Below, one piece after another: positions 37,006 through 47,428 of a DNA stretch of 64,000 bases. The stretch covers positions 608,001 to 672,000 of the forward strand of contig OZ246423.1 in NCBI GenBank assembly GCA_965231215.1, read 5' to 3'. The stretch's first letter is position 1, and every line of letters starts with the position of its first letter. Below the pieces are notes generated by a model. It was not told the origin of the DNA. It ran no database searches and saw only the letters and a list, made by a program, of their open reading frames with translations. The position numbers and the translations under genes are program-made. This DNA comes from Candidatus Altimarinota bacterium. Its GTDB lineage: Bacteria; Patescibacteriota; Gracilibacteria; UBA4473.

Positions 37006-38073
37006 TTAGACTCCTTCAGGTTTTCGAATCAAAGCTCCAGTAATGCGGAGCTCTTCTTGTTTATGAACCAGATAAAAAACCGTCAAGAGTAAAATTCCAA
37101 TAAACGGGAACACTATATGGAGTTTTCCAAACTCCAAAAGGGAGTTGAAGGCTCCGTGCAAAAACATTGCCAAAATAACCCCTTCCATCATTTTTTGTTC
37201 ATGAAATAAAACGGAAGGCTTACAGTGTAAAACTTGATTTAGAGTCTTGATCAAAAAGTGGTTTTTGTGCAGAAATTCCTCTTCTTGGTAGACTTGGGTA
37301 GAGAATTTAGCCAAGCCATAGTAGTATCCAAGAATCGCAGAAAAACATACATGAGCCCCCACAGAAATGATGGACCTTAAAACAATAAGCAGTACTAATT
37401 GCTGCACACTAAACATTCCCATATTCCCCATAGAGTTGAAGTAAATAACGTTTTCTACAAAGGCAAAACCAAGCGCCACAATAATAGAAAACTGTAAAGC
37501 TTCCCCCACAGAATGTATTTTTTCCTCATCAGAAAACCTCAGCACCAAATGCTTTGTAAACTCCTCAAGCATTCCAACCACCATAAACATCCAAATTTTT
37601 TCATGGAGTGAGAGCGTGCTCATAAACGCAATACACCCACAGAAAACCCCGACAGTTACAAAGAAAAATGGCGACTCAAGTGCCAATCTAAACTTTTGCC
37701 TGAAAACCTTAAACGAGTTATCCCCAGAAAAAATCTCCAGTATTCCCATAACCAAACCTGTGAAGAGGAATATAGCACACATCACCAGCACTGTCGCTAC
37801 AGCATAAATCCCTAAAGAGCCCACACTCTGAAGCTCTAAAAGAGAGACTAAATGCTTAAAAAGATTAGTATGTTCAAGGCTCAAAATAGCCTGATCCCAA
37901 TATTTTTCGTACAGCTTTATCGGCAGAACTGAAACCATCCCAGCAACAAAGGTTGTCACAATGTAAGATCGCTTTTTAGGCAGGTGATTCCTAAACCAAT
38001 ACAACCACAAAAATACGGGAATCAAAGCCAGTAATCCATAGCCCAAAAGTGAGGTAATAGTCTCAGTAGACAT
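37006..38073 (-). CDS. PrsW-family intramembrane protease
   Basis: EEFTK, GFAFVEN, H..FS, HG.FN. Confidence 0.88.
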   Translation of the reverse strand: MSTETITSLLGYGLLALIPVFLWLYWFRNHLPKKRSYIVTTFVAGMVSVLPIKLYEKYWDQAILSLEHTNLFKHLVSLLELQSVGSLGIYAVATVLVMCAIFLFTGLVMGILEIFSGDNSFKVFRQKFRLALESPFFFVTVGVFCGCIAFMSTLSLHEKIWMFMVVGMLEEFTKHLVLRFSDEEKIHSVGEALQFSIIVALGFAFVENVIYFNSMGNMGMFSVQQLVLLIVLRSIISVGAHVCFSAILGYYYGLAKFSTQVYQEEEFLHKNHFLIKTLNQVLHCKPSVLFHEQKMMEGVILAMFLHGAFNSLLEFGKLHIVFPFIGILLLTVFYLVHKQEELRITGALIRKPEGV

Positions 38074-38199
38074 AAAAAATAAATATTATCTTAATATAAT
38101 ACAATAAAATAAAGAATAAAAAAAGTAAATAGTCCTATTTTATACTGGAAAAATCAGCCGAATCTGATAGAAATGAAGGGTAACTAAAATTCGAAATTT

Positions 38200-39531
38200 A
38201 TGGCGCTTTCTCCGCTCGATGATCGTTATGCTTCAAAAGTACAAAATTTAAACCCAATATTTGCCGAATTTGGGCTTATGAAATACCGAACTATTGTAGA
38301 GGTTCAGTGGCTTTTAACCTTGTGTGAAAAAGGCATTGCCCCGAAACTTCCTGATGAAGTAGTTCTGGGGCTTCAGGCCCTGTTAACTGATTTTTCTCCG
38401 GAAGAATATAGCGCGATTAAAAAGTTTGAAGCTGAGACCAATCACGATGTTAAAGCTGTAGAGTATTTTATTAGAGATTTGGTACCAAAAAGTCACTGGA
38501 GCTGGATTCACTTTGCCTGTACTTCGGAAGATATAAACAACTTAGCTTACGGGCTCATGCTTAGAGATGGCCGTGAAGCCATTCTCTGTGCCAACGACTT
38601 AATCCTAGAAGATCTAAAACAAAAAGCTCTAGAATGGAAAGCTATCCCTCTCCTCTGCCGAACCCATGGTCAACCAGCTACCCCTTCAACCATGGGGAAA
38701 GAATGGGCCATTTTTTGGGATCGCGCCAATAGCGTATCTCAGAGTTTTGAAACCCTGCCTATCACCGGAAAAATAAATGGAGCCACGGGAACCTTTTCTG
38801 CTCATAGCATAGCCCTACCAGAAGTGGACTGGATTGAGCTTTCTCATAATTTTGTAACCGATACCTTAGGCCTGGTATGGAATCCGCTTACGCCTCAAAT
38901 TGAACCACATGATCAGCAAGCCTTGCTGCTAAATGAAATGGGCCGGCTCACCAATATTTATATTGATCTATGCCGAGACACTTGGGGGTATATTGCGCTG
39001 GGTTACTTCAGCCAAAAAACCGTCAAAGGGGAAGTGGGGTCCTCCACGATGCCTCACAAAGTAAACCCTATTGATTTTGAAAATGCCGAAGGGAACTTCA
39101 AATTAGCCCGAGGCTTGGGCCGAACCCTTAGCGACGAGCTCCCTATTTCTCGATGGCAAAGAGATTTAACAGACTCCACACTACAGAGAAATTTTGGGGT
39201 GGTTTTTGGGCACTTTTTCCTCGGTTTACAATCACTCAAAAAGGGGCTTGGAAAATTAGAAATAAAACCCGAGGCCATGCTGGAGGACTTGCAAAAAAGC
39301 CCTGAAGTTTTAACCGAAGCCGTACAAACCGTACTCCGTGTACAGGGACATCATGATGCGTATGAACAGCTAAAAACCTTTTCCCGAGGGCAGGCTCTAA
39401 CTTTAGAACAAGTATATGAATTTGTAGATAAAGCCGATATTCCAAACGAGGATAAACGCCGACTTAAAAACCTCACCCCAGAAACCTACACGGGGTTGGC
39501 CGAAGATCTGATCGATAAATTTGTAGAATAA
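38200..39531 (+). CDS. purB: Adenylosuccinate lyase
   Basis: ALSPLD.RY, TNHDVKAVEY, TSEDINN, RTHGQPA, GSSTMPHKVNPIDFEN. Confidence 0.97.
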   Translation: MALSPLDDRYASKVQNLNPIFAEFGLMKYRTIVEVQWLLTLCEKGIAPKLPDEVVLGLQALLTDFSPEEYSAIKKFEAETNHDVKAVEYFIRDLVPKSHWSWIHFACTSEDINNLAYGLMLRDGREAILCANDLILEDLKQKALEWKAIPLLCRTHGQPATPSTMGKEWAIFWDRANSVSQSFETLPITGKINGATGTFSAHSIALPEVDWIELSHNFVTDTLGLVWNPLTPQIEPHDQQALLLNEMGRLTNIYIDLCRDTWGYIALGYFSQKTVKGEVGSSTMPHKVNPIDFENAEGNFKLARGLGRTLSDELPISRWQRDLTDSTLQRNFGVVFGHFFLGLQSLKKGLGKLEIKPEAMLEDLQKSPEVLTEAVQTVLRVQGHHDAYEQLKTFSRGQALTLEQVYEFVDKADIPNEDKRRLKNLTPETYTGLAEDLIDKFVE

Positions 39532-39851
39532 TGCTCTATTTGTATCTGGCTTTTGGAATAATGGCTGATATTTTTGGCATATATGTGGCTAAAAAATTTG
39601 TAGATTCCGGGGAGCTAAAATGGATTCTTGGCATTGTATTCACCTCAATAGTGCTCAATATATTGTATATTTTAGTTTTAACTAAAGGAACAGTCTCCAT
39701 TCTTACGGCTGTATGGCTTATTGTGGTATTACTGGGAGGGATCCTGATTGGATCTGTTTTGTTCAAAGAAACTATTACCCTCCTCCAGTGGGTTGGGGTC
39801 ATTTTAGCCATAGCTGCCATCACCTGCCTTCAGTGGCCTACAAATACATAA
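39531..39851 (+). CDS. SMR/DMT-type small transporter
   Basis: 106 aa with 4 TM segments. AVW...G.VLFKE.I...QWVG pattern. Confidence 0.75.
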   Translation: MLYLYLAFGIMADIFGIYVAKKFVDSGELKWILGIVFTSIVLNILYILVLTKGTVSILTAVWLIVVLLGGILIGSVLFKETITLLQWVGVILAIAAITCLQWPTNT

Positions 39852-39956
39852 TAACGCAAAACTTACAGCGATATTGAAGAAGGCTGTGAGACGATTACTT
39901 CAAAACTCAAGGGCATTAAATGAACGGTTTTGATTTTGAAAAATAGGAAGTAAGTA

Positions 39957-40826
39957 CTACCTCACCAATTCTTTAAATTCTTTATTCTTCTGGAGTGGTT
40001 CAAAGTCTCGGTCTGATTTTGCCGTTTCTTTGTAGTGTTCAGAAAGCTGAATAGCATAATGAAGGTCTTGTAAAGCTTCTTCCTGTTTTCCAAGTTGTGC
40101 ATAACTACAAGCGCGATTATAAATAGCACTTCCATGATCTGAGGCTATTTCTAGCGCCGCATTACACATGTCTAATGCTTGTTCAGGAATGTCCATGCGC
40201 AGATAAGAAGCCGCTTTAGCCACCAGCACTTCTGGATTCTCTGGCTCTAACTCTCGAATTTGTTCTAATACATCTAGTTTATTCCTATCATCATTTTCAC
40301 GGTTAGCCTGAATCCACAAAGCATTGATGTGCTGTACTTTCTCAAGCTCTTTTTGATTTTGTAAGATTTCTTCACCTTTGTTTTGGAGATCTTTTTCAAT
40401 CGTTTCAAGCCGGGTTCTAAATTCATCTAAAAGCTTTTCAGACTCTTTTTCTACAATGCTTTTGGCCGAGTTTTTAAGATCTTTAATGGTCCGCCATCCA
40501 AAAATAGCAAACATCCCCAAAGCCAAAGTGAGAAAAAAAGAAAAATAAGTAACCGCATTGGCTACATATCCAAGGGCTCGATCGGTAATCCTGAGTTCAC
40601 GATTATTAAGTTCTTGATTTATATCTCTTCTAAGCGTCTCGTGGTTTATCCGAAGAGTTCGTACTTCGTCTAATAAAAAATACTCCGTGAATGTCCCGAG
40701 GTCTTTTATCTGGTCTAAATTAACAAACTTTGGGTCTTCCTGGACTGGTGGCAGCGCCTCTGTCTGAGCAAAGCTTGACTGAAAAAACCATAAGGTGAGA
40801 CTGAAAACGTAAAAAAATTTTTTCAT
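39957..40826 (-). CDS. TPR-containing membrane protein
   Basis: Signal peptide, TM and coiled coil, then YNRACSYAQLG..EAL..L..AI and A..D.DF. Confidence 0.85.
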   Translation of the reverse strand: MKKFFYVFSLTLWFFQSSFAQTEALPPVQEDPKFVNLDQIKDLGTFTEYFLLDEVRTLRINHETLRRDINQELNNRELRITDRALGYVANAVTYFSFFLTLALGMFAIFGWRTIKDLKNSAKSIVEKESEKLLDEFRTRLETIEKDLQNKGEEILQNQKELEKVQHINALWIQANRENDDRNKLDVLEQIRELEPENPEVLVAKAASYLRMDIPEQALDMCNAALEIASDHGSAIYNRACSYAQLGKQEEALQDLHYAIQLSEHYKETAKSDRDFEPLQKNKEFKELVR

Positions 40827-40894
40827 AGAATATGAGTGAAGTTTAAATAGTTTATTTTTATGTTTTTATCAAGTATTTTATCTATGATTAAAGC

Positions 40895-41407
40895 ATGATT
40901 TTTTTAGGGGTAGGGTCTTCAATTGGAAACGCTAAAGAAGTTTTTAGTATGGCTGAAGCTTTTTTAGAACGAAACAATATTCATGTACTAAAAAAGTCTA
41001 ATATTATGAAAAACCCCCCTCTGGGGGGAGTAGCCCAAAATGAGTTCTCAAATATGGTTTGGGAAATTTCCTTTCCAGAAACCCCCTGGGAAAAAGTTAA
41101 CTGGAGGCTCCTTCCACCTTCAAGGAGGCTTCGTCTTAAGGCCAAAAAACTACTTAAAATCTGTAAGCAATGTGAAGGCTTTTGTGGAAGAAAAAACACC
41201 GTTAGATGGGGAGACCGCACACTAGATTTAGATATTCTAATGTTTCACCAGCTAGAAGTAGACAAAAAGCTTTTGCATATCCCTCATAAAGAAATTCCTT
41301 TTAGGGATTTTGTATTACTTCCTTGGAGCGAAATCGTTGACCAAAATTTTGAAATCCCTACATTTGGATTACTCAAAGAGCTTGTAAAACATGTCCCAAA
41401 ACGCTGA
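40895..41407 (+). CDS. folK: HPPK (folate pathway pyrophosphokinase)
   Basis: [31 protein letters not shown]. Confidence 0.9.
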   Translation: MIFLGVGSSIGNAKEVFSMAEAFLERNNIHVLKKSNIMKNPPLGGVAQNEFSNMVWEISFPETPWEKVNWRLLPPSRRLRLKAKKLLKICKQCEGFCGRKNTVRWGDRTLDLDILMFHQLEVDKKLLHIPHKEIPFRDFVLLPWSEIVDQNFEIPTFGLLKELVKHVPKR

Positions 41408-41945
41408 AGATTGTATTCGAGAAATACTAAAACACATTGGAGAAGATCCAGAAAGGGAGGGACTCAAAGAAACCCCCAAAAGGGTTATCGAAGCGTATAA
41501 AGAGCTTTTTTCAGGCTACAAACAAGACCCAAAAAAAGTGGTAAAACACTTCACCAATGAAGGGTATGATGAAATGCTAACGGTTAAAAACATTCAGTAT
41601 TATTCGAGCTGTGAACACCATATGTTGCCTTTTTTTGGGAAAGCTCATGTCGCTTATATTCCAGATGAAAAAATCACAGGACTTTCAAAGATACCAAGGC
41701 TTGTAGACGTTTTTGCCAGAAGATTGCAAAACCAAGAAAGACTGAGTGTCCAGATTGCCGAAACCCTTATGGAAGAACTCCAGCCTAAAGGGGTGGCGGT
41801 TCAAATCAGCGGTCTACATATGTGCATGTGTTCACGAGGCGTGGCTCAGAACGATTCTCAAACCGTTACTACAACGTTTTTAGGCGCTTTTAAAGAAGAT
41901 CCGCAGCTTAGACAGGATTTTTTCAACCAGATCCAAAGTGGTTAA
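41391..41945 (+). CDS. folE: GTP cyclohydrolase I
   Basis: [41 protein letters not shown]. Confidence 0.97.
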   Translation: MSQNAEDCIREILKHIGEDPEREGLKETPKRVIEAYKELFSGYKQDPKKVVKHFTNEGYDEMLTVKNIQYYSSCEHHMLPFFGKAHVAYIPDEKITGLSKIPRLVDVFARRLQNQERLSVQIAETLMEELQPKGVAVQISGLHMCMCSRGVAQNDSQTVTTTFLGAFKEDPQLRQDFFNQIQSG

Positions 41946-42055
41946 ATGCCTCCTGTTATTACCAAAGAACAAAGGTAGGGAAAACCGTGGGAATCGACTT
42001 CAAGTAAGAACGCTTCGTGATAAACCGTTAATACTTTTATCCCTCTATGATGTAT

Positions 42056-43069
42056 TTAGAGGGAAATTCGAGGGTGCGCTTCAACAAACTGTATTTGAGC
42101 TATATCAGGATTTTTTTCATATAAAAAATAGGCGGCACTCCCAATCATAACCGCATTATCAGTAGAATATTCGAGCCTATCTGGTGTTAAAAACATCTTG
42201 CCATGCTGTTGCAAAAACTCCAAAAGAACCGATTTTATGTGGCTATTGGCTGAAACTCCGCCTACAAAATAAAGGCCTTTCGTTTCAGGAAACTTTTCAA
42301 ACATTAGCTTCACTTTTTTTTCAAAAATACGACCTACCGTCCACTGGAAGCTGGCACAAAGATCACAAACAAAGGTTGCTTCTAGGCTCTCCTGACTGTC
42401 TACCAACCTGCGTACTGCGGCCTTTACCCCAGAAAAAGAAAAATCTAAAGAGTCTTTTCCCAGGTTTGGAATAGGGAGCTTATATTTTTGGGGGTCTCCA
42501 AATTCAGCTTTTTGAGAAACTATTGGCCCTCCCGGATAGCCAAGTCCACACATCTTAGCTACTTTATCAAAAGCTTCTCCAGCGGCATCATCTAAGGTGC
42601 CTCCGATTTTTTGCCATACTGTTGCATTTTCCCAAAGATAGACCGCTGTGTGACCTCCAGACACAGTCAACACCAAGGCTGGAAATTCAATATCTGAAAT
42701 CTCACGATTGATAAATACACTACACAAGTGTCCATAAATATGGTGCACAGGAATAAGGGGCTTCTGGTACAGAGCCGATAAAAAACTAGCCGCGGTAGTT
42801 CCAGTAAGCAGAGAAGTCTGCAGTCCCGGCCCTTGGGTGCAGGCAATAGCATCAATATCTTTAATACTGAGGCCCGCCTCGTCTAAACAGCCTTCTAAAG
42901 CGGGCCTCCAGTTTTCTGCATGCAGTCGCGCTGCAATTTCTGGTACCACTCCGCCCCAGTCGCTATGAGCAGTCTGAGAAACGCGTTTTTGTCCCAAAAC
43001 CTGAGTTCCATTTTCCACAATAGCCACCGCCGTATCATCACACGAAGTCTCAAACGCTAAGATTTTCAT
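42056..43069 (-). CDS. tsaD: tRNA t6A biosynthesis protein TsaD
   Basis: ETSCDDT, GGVVPE.AAR.H, H.IYGH, VSGGHT, DDAAGEAFDK, TDNA.MI. Confidence 0.96.
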   Translation of the reverse strand: MKILAFETSCDDTAVAIVENGTQVLGQKRVSQTAHSDWGGVVPEIAARLHAENWRPALEGCLDEAGLSIKDIDAIACTQGPGLQTSLLTGTTAASFLSALYQKPLIPVHHIYGHLCSVFINREISDIEFPALVLTVSGGHTAVYLWENATVWQKIGGTLDDAAGEAFDKVAKMCGLGYPGGPIVSQKAEFGDPQKYKLPIPNLGKDSLDFSFSGVKAAVRRLVDSQESLEATFVCDLCASFQWTVGRIFEKKVKLMFEKFPETKGLYFVGGVSANSHIKSVLLEFLQQHGKMFLTPDRLEYSTDNAVMIGSAAYFLYEKNPDIAQIQFVEAHPRISL

Positions 43070-43129
43070 CAAAATACCTATACTTATGAATTCTCGGCTT
43101 GTCCAGGATCTGATAAAATCAGAACGATA

Positions 43130-43681
43130 ATGAAATTAAACCTTGAAGAATCAAACCCCACCAAAAGCTTTACTCCTGGTCTGAAGATTCTGGTAAATGA
43201 CTTGATGCAAAAGGGGTATCAATATGGGTTATCTGAACCTATAGGAAAAAATTTTGCTCCCGAATTTAAACCCGAGCTTACGCCCGCAGAGATGTTAGAA
43301 TATGGTATTTTTGAGGGTAAATATTTAAACGATTGCTCAAAAGAATTTCCTAGAGAGTGGTATGAAAATGCGCAAATTTCCGAGATACCAGATATCGAAA
43401 AAAATTACTTCAAGATCAAATCCAGGCAACCGCGCTCTGTGTGGATTGAGAAAGGCTGGATAACCCCTGATGATCCAGACGTCAGGGGTTGGTTTCAGTG
43501 GTACTGTAGATATTATCTAGGCAGGCGGGAAGCCATCTTAGATTCAAGACAGATTAAGCGCTGGAAAGCTTTTGCCCGCCATCGTGGCCAGATTATTAAA
43601 AACTGTGAACCAGGCGATATTTACTGCCGCCCAAAACAAAGGCAGGCTTTACTTCAGTGGAGTTACGATCCTTTTATCTAA
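43130..43681 (+). CDS. Conserved hypothetical protein
   Basis: Long intact ORF containing GWFQWYCRY..GRR..D.RQIKRW..RQALLQW. Function not recognised. Confidence 0.75.
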   Translation: MKLNLEESNPTKSFTPGLKILVNDLMQKGYQYGLSEPIGKNFAPEFKPELTPAEMLEYGIFEGKYLNDCSKEFPREWYENAQISEIPDIEKNYFKIKSRQPRSVWIEKGWITPDDPDVRGWFQWYCRYYLGRREAILDSRQIKRWKAFARHRGQIIKNCEPGDIYCRPKQRQALLQWSYDPFI

Positions 43682-43712
43682 AGTATCCGCCACAATATAG
43701 AAATTTAAAATT

Positions 43713-45620
43713 TTAAACCACTACTTCTACAACCGTCTCTTTCTTAAACTTCTGTAACAGAATTTTTTGAGCGAGCTGTTGGAGCGGTTTTTCCATAGCG
43801 CTTTCTGGGCGAGCGGGATCATAAGTTCGAATCCAGGCGTCTCTTAGTTCTTTTTCAAGCAACTGGAAAATTTCATGCTTAGCATTCATATACAAAAACC
43901 CTCGAGATCGAAATTCAATATCTTTGACCTTTCCTTTTTCTTGATTTATCCGGATAAAGATTATCCCATATTCAGCTATAGTTTGTCGATCTTCTAGCAC
44001 CTGATCATGTACGGTTTCCCCTAGTTGGACCAACAAGGGGCGCTGTAGCTGCGCTTCTTTATCGCTCATAAGCTTAACTCCCGCATTGCTGATCACTACT
44101 CCCTGTCCATTTTTCATGATGAAGGTGTTTTCTTTTTTATAGCCAAGATCTTTCATTATCAGATCTCTATGCCCATACCGCATAAATATTTCTCCATGAA
44201 TAGGGGCAAAATATTTGGGGTTTAAAAGCGCACACATAAGTTTGCATTCTTCCGCATTCCCATGCCCTGAAACATGCGTATTCATGTCTTGGTGATCAAT
44301 CACTTTACATCCAATTTCAGCCAAGTTATTTCGTACTGAAACAATCGCTAGTTCATTTCCTGGGATTGGAGAAGAAGCAAAGATAATAGTATCTTCTTTT
44401 TTTAATGCGACTTGCCGATGGGATCCCGAAGCCATCCGCGTAAGGGCTGCCAGAGATTCTCCTTGGGAGCCGGTGGAAAGAATCAGTACTTTTTTTGGGT
44501 CCATTTTGTCGGCTTTGGGGCTCATTCTCTGAAGCGTACTATCTTTACACTTTAGATAATTAAGTTTTCGGGCCACCGTGATATTTCGTTCCATAGACCG
44601 CCCAGAAAGAAAAACCGTTCTCCCTTGTTTTTCAGCCGCTTCTACCGCCTTAGCAACCCGTCCAATATTCGAGGCAAAGGTAGCCATAATAATCCGTCCC
44701 GAAGCGTCCTGAATAACCTTAGCAATGTCTTCAGCAATCACTCTTTCTGACACTGTGTGCCCATTCTTCATAGCATTGGTTGAATCAGAAAGCCCTAAAA
44801 CCACGCCTTTTTTCCCAATTTCAGCAATGCGGCCAAGATCGGCGGGTTGGTCATCAGCGGGATTTTGATCAAACTTAAAGTCCGAAGTGTGCACAATCGA
44901 TCCGTACGGAGTATTTACCACAATCCCGACACTGTCTGGAATAGAGTGGTTTACATGGAAAAATTCTACTTCAAACTTTCCCGCTCGAATCTTAGACTTG
45001 GGAGTAATCTCTTGGATTTTTAACTTTTTGGTATCTAAGTGTTCATCACAGGTAAGGGTGAGCAGTTCTTTGGTAAGTCGAGTCGCATAGATGTTTGGGA
45101 AACCTAATTTTTCTAAAACATAAGGCGCTCCGCCAATATGGTCTAAATGTCCATGGGTATAAAAGATGCCTTTAATCCGGTTTTTATTTTTCTCCAGGTA
45201 ACTGACATCTGGAACCAACGCATCTACCCCCATGTGTTCGGGAGACGGAAACACAAGCCCTGTATCAATGATAATTATGTCATTGTCCCATTCTAAAAAC
45301 ATCATATTCATTCCCACCTGTTCCATCCCCCCCATCGGCATTACGCGAATTTGATCTTTGGCCTTCGTTTTTATAAAGCTCGTTGGATGAAATTTATCAC
45401 GCTTTTCGTGTGTGGGTCTGTGGTAGGCAGGATCACTGCCCCCCGTTTGGCTCCCTCGCCCTTTTCTTTGGGGCGATTTGCTGCCTGGTTTTTTGAAAGG
45501 TTTTTTACTATTTTCTTTTTTTGTCTTGTCGTTTTTAGGTTTAGCCTTCTCAGTTTCGTTCTTTTTTTTCCCAAGAAATCCGCTTCCGCTTAACCATTTG
45601 TCTAAATTACTTTCACTCAT
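43713..45620 (-). CDS. rnj: Ribonuclease J
   Basis: GG..VG.NM, THGHLDHIG, HSIPD, TGSQGE, HVSGH, PIHGE. Basic disordered N-terminus. Confidence 0.96.
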   Translation of the reverse strand: MSESNLDKWLSGSGFLGKKKNETEKAKPKNDKTKKENSKKPFKKPGSKSPQRKGRGSQTGGSDPAYHRPTHEKRDKFHPTSFIKTKAKDQIRVMPMGGMEQVGMNMMFLEWDNDIIIIDTGLVFPSPEHMGVDALVPDVSYLEKNKNRIKGIFYTHGHLDHIGGAPYVLEKLGFPNIYATRLTKELLTLTCDEHLDTKKLKIQEITPKSKIRAGKFEVEFFHVNHSIPDSVGIVVNTPYGSIVHTSDFKFDQNPADDQPADLGRIAEIGKKGVVLGLSDSTNAMKNGHTVSERVIAEDIAKVIQDASGRIIMATFASNIGRVAKAVEAAEKQGRTVFLSGRSMERNITVARKLNYLKCKDSTLQRMSPKADKMDPKKVLILSTGSQGESLAALTRMASGSHRQVALKKEDTIIFASSPIPGNELAIVSVRNNLAEIGCKVIDHQDMNTHVSGHGNAEECKLMCALLNPKYFAPIHGEIFMRYGHRDLIMKDLGYKKENTFIMKNGQGVVISNAGVKLMSDKEAQLQRPLLVQLGETVHDQVLEDRQTIAEYGIIFIRINQEKGKVKDIEFRSRGFLYMNAKHEIFQLLEKELRDAWIRTYDPARPESAMEKPLQQLAQKILLQKFKKETVVEVVV

Positions 45621-45624
45621 ATAA

Positions 45625-45832
45625 AATTAAAATAAAAAATAAAGAAAGATTTATCCCTCTTTCCGCTTCACGTGCATAAAGATACATTTTGCCTGCTATA
45701 CAGGCGCACATTTATAGTGTGAAACGTGAAAGATCGGGTTTTTGTGGATTGCAGGGTGATGAGATACCCATCTACTCCGAAAACAATCCTATAAATCCGG
45801 CCAATTGTAGTGTAAAAGTCCTAAAAAGTCAA
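45625..45832 (-). promoter_or_regulatory. rnj promoter and structured ~180-nt leader
   Basis: TTGACT(45832-27)-17-TACAAT(45809-04). A multi-arm junction is closed by TTCACGT/ACGTGAA. Confidence 0.6.
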
Positions 45833-45975
45833 CCATCCCCTAGTGCCAAAATAAAATTTTGAGTTTTAATAAAAATACTAGAAAACCAGAAGTTCAAGAA
45901 AAACTCAGCCGGTAAGTGTACAAAAATTTGTACACGTCCGAAGCGTTTTTTAATTTGACGAAGTTTCTGATTTTC

Positions 45976-46215
45976 CTAATCAAGTTTTCCTTCGGTTTCT
46001 AGGGCTTGCAGTTCGCTACATCCGCCAATAAACTCATCATCCAAGAAAATCATTGGCACTGTGCGATAGCCTCCTACAGATTCTGCTATCTGAGTTCGTA
46101 GTTCTGGATCATGGCTGATCTCAAAATCTTCAGTTTCAATGTTGTGCTCAGCCAATATGGCTAGAGATTTTTGGCAAAATGGACAGTTAGATTTGTGATA
46201 AATTCGAGCTTTCAT
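45976..46215 (-). CDS. Glutaredoxin
   Basis: CPFC, RTVP.IF, IGG..EL. Confidence 0.92.
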   Translation of the reverse strand: MKARIYHKSNCPFCQKSLAILAEHNIETEDFEISHDPELRTQIAESVGGYRTVPMIFLDDEFIGGCSELQALETEGKLD

Positions 46216-46220
46216 AAAGT

Positions 46221-47216
46221 TTAAAGCTTAGTAGCTAGTTCAACAATTCGGTTTGAGTAGCCCCATTCATTGTCGTACCAAGAGAGAATTTTAATCAAAT
46301 CTCCCATTACATACGTAGAATCTGCATCAAAAATAGAGCTTCTTGGATCCTGTTTAAAGTCCATGGAAACCAGGGGTTTATCGCTGTAGCCAAGAATGTG
46401 TGGATTTTTTTCACTTGCCGCCTTTACGGCTGCATTTACTTCTGCTGCTGTAGCTGATTTTTTCGCTTTGATGGTGAGGTCTACTAAAGACACGGTTGGA
46501 GTGGGAACGCGAACCGCCATACCGGTTAGTTTGCCTTTAAGTTGTGGCAATACTAGCGCCACGGCTTTAGCCGCTCCCGTGGTTGTAGGCACCATATTTA
46601 GAGCTGCTGCACGTCCACGTCTAAGGTCTTTTCCTCCAAGGTCTAAAACGGGTTGGCTAGTGGTATAAGAATGAATAGTGGTCATTAACCCTGCTTCAAT
46701 TCCAAATTCATCATCCAGCACTTTAGCAATGGGAGCTAAACAGTTGGTTGTACAAGAGGCATTAGAGACCAGTGTTTCCTCACCGGTAATCTGATCACAA
46801 TTAGCTCCAATCACAAAAGTATCAAATCCGTCCCCCTTAGCTGGAGCCGAAATAACGACCTTTTTAGCGCCTTGATCAATGTGTTGTTGAGCGCCTTCTT
46901 TTTTCCGGAAAACTCCTGTACATTCTAGCACCACATCAATATCCAAATCGCCCCAAGGAAGTTCTGAAATTTCTCGGGTAGTGTATTTATGAACTTTTTT
47001 TCCATCAATAACAATATCATCATGATCCCTTAATTCAACCGTTCCTGGATATCTTCCAAAGTTTGAATCGTATTGGAAAAGTAACACACTGTGTTCTGTC
47101 GGAGAAGGATCGTTAATCGCTACAAGTTCTAGACTGTCTGCATAATCCTGCATAATAATGCGGGCGGCGGCTCTTCCGATTCGCCCAAAACCATTGATGG
47201 CTACTCGTTTTTTCAT
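46221..47216 (-). CDS. gap: Type I glyceraldehyde-3-phosphate dehydrogenase
   Basis: AINGFGRIGR, SNASCTTNCLAP, TGAAKA, WYDNEWGYS. Start placed at MKKRVAI. Confidence 0.97.
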   Translation of the reverse strand: MKKRVAINGFGRIGRAAARIIMQDYADSLELVAINDPSPTEHSVLLFQYDSNFGRYPGTVELRDHDDIVIDGKKVHKYTTREISELPWGDLDIDVVLECTGVFRKKEGAQQHIDQGAKKVVISAPAKGDGFDTFVIGANCDQITGEETLVSNASCTTNCLAPIAKVLDDEFGIEAGLMTTIHSYTTSQPVLDLGGKDLRRGRAAALNMVPTTTGAAKAVALVLPQLKGKLTGMAVRVPTPTVSLVDLTIKAKKSATAAEVNAAVKAASEKNPHILGYSDKPLVSMDFKQDPRSSIFDADSTYVMGDLIKILSWYDNEWGYSNRIVELATKL

Positions 47217-47325
47217 TTTTATAAGGGGAGTAAAAAATATTGTCGAGAGAAGTATAGCGATACTCACCCAATGCATAAAATATTTTTTGACTTTATCGTA
47301 AAGCAAAACTAATATCTGAATCGCT

Positions 47326-47367
47326 ATGCAAAATACGACCAACACAACCACAGCTAAAGCGGGTTAG
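47326..47367 (+). CDS. Thr-rich leader peptide of thrS: MQNTTNTTTAKAG
   Basis: 5 Thr in 6 codons. ATG 10 nt after TAATAT of a TTGACT-17-TAATAT promoter. Confidence 0.82.
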   Translation: MQNTTNTTTAKAG

Positions 47368-47400
47368 TCCCTGGAGGTTTTGCATGGTTTAAACTACAAT

Positions 47401-47428
47401 CTCCGGGAAACCCCTGGAGTTTTTTTTT
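47401..47428 (+). terminator. thrS attenuator terminator
   Basis: CTCCGGG-AAACC-CCTGGAG followed by T9. An upstream copy of CCTGGAG (47370-47376) can compete for the 5' arm. Confidence 0.85.

Noticed and set aside
39852-39956. Short open-frame scraps here and at 41946-42055
   Set aside because: They may be gene remnants, but there is no recognisable motif to support a call.
45660-45735. tRNA gene
   Set aside because: Only the cloverleaf shape is present. There is no GTTCRA T-loop, D-loop GG or CCA.
47217-47351. N-terminal extension of GAPDH given by the ORF track (similarly for guaB, aspS, trpB, serB, grpE, the methyltransferase and lexA)
   Set aside because: The extensions run through promoters or leaders, and homology begins at the downstream ATG.
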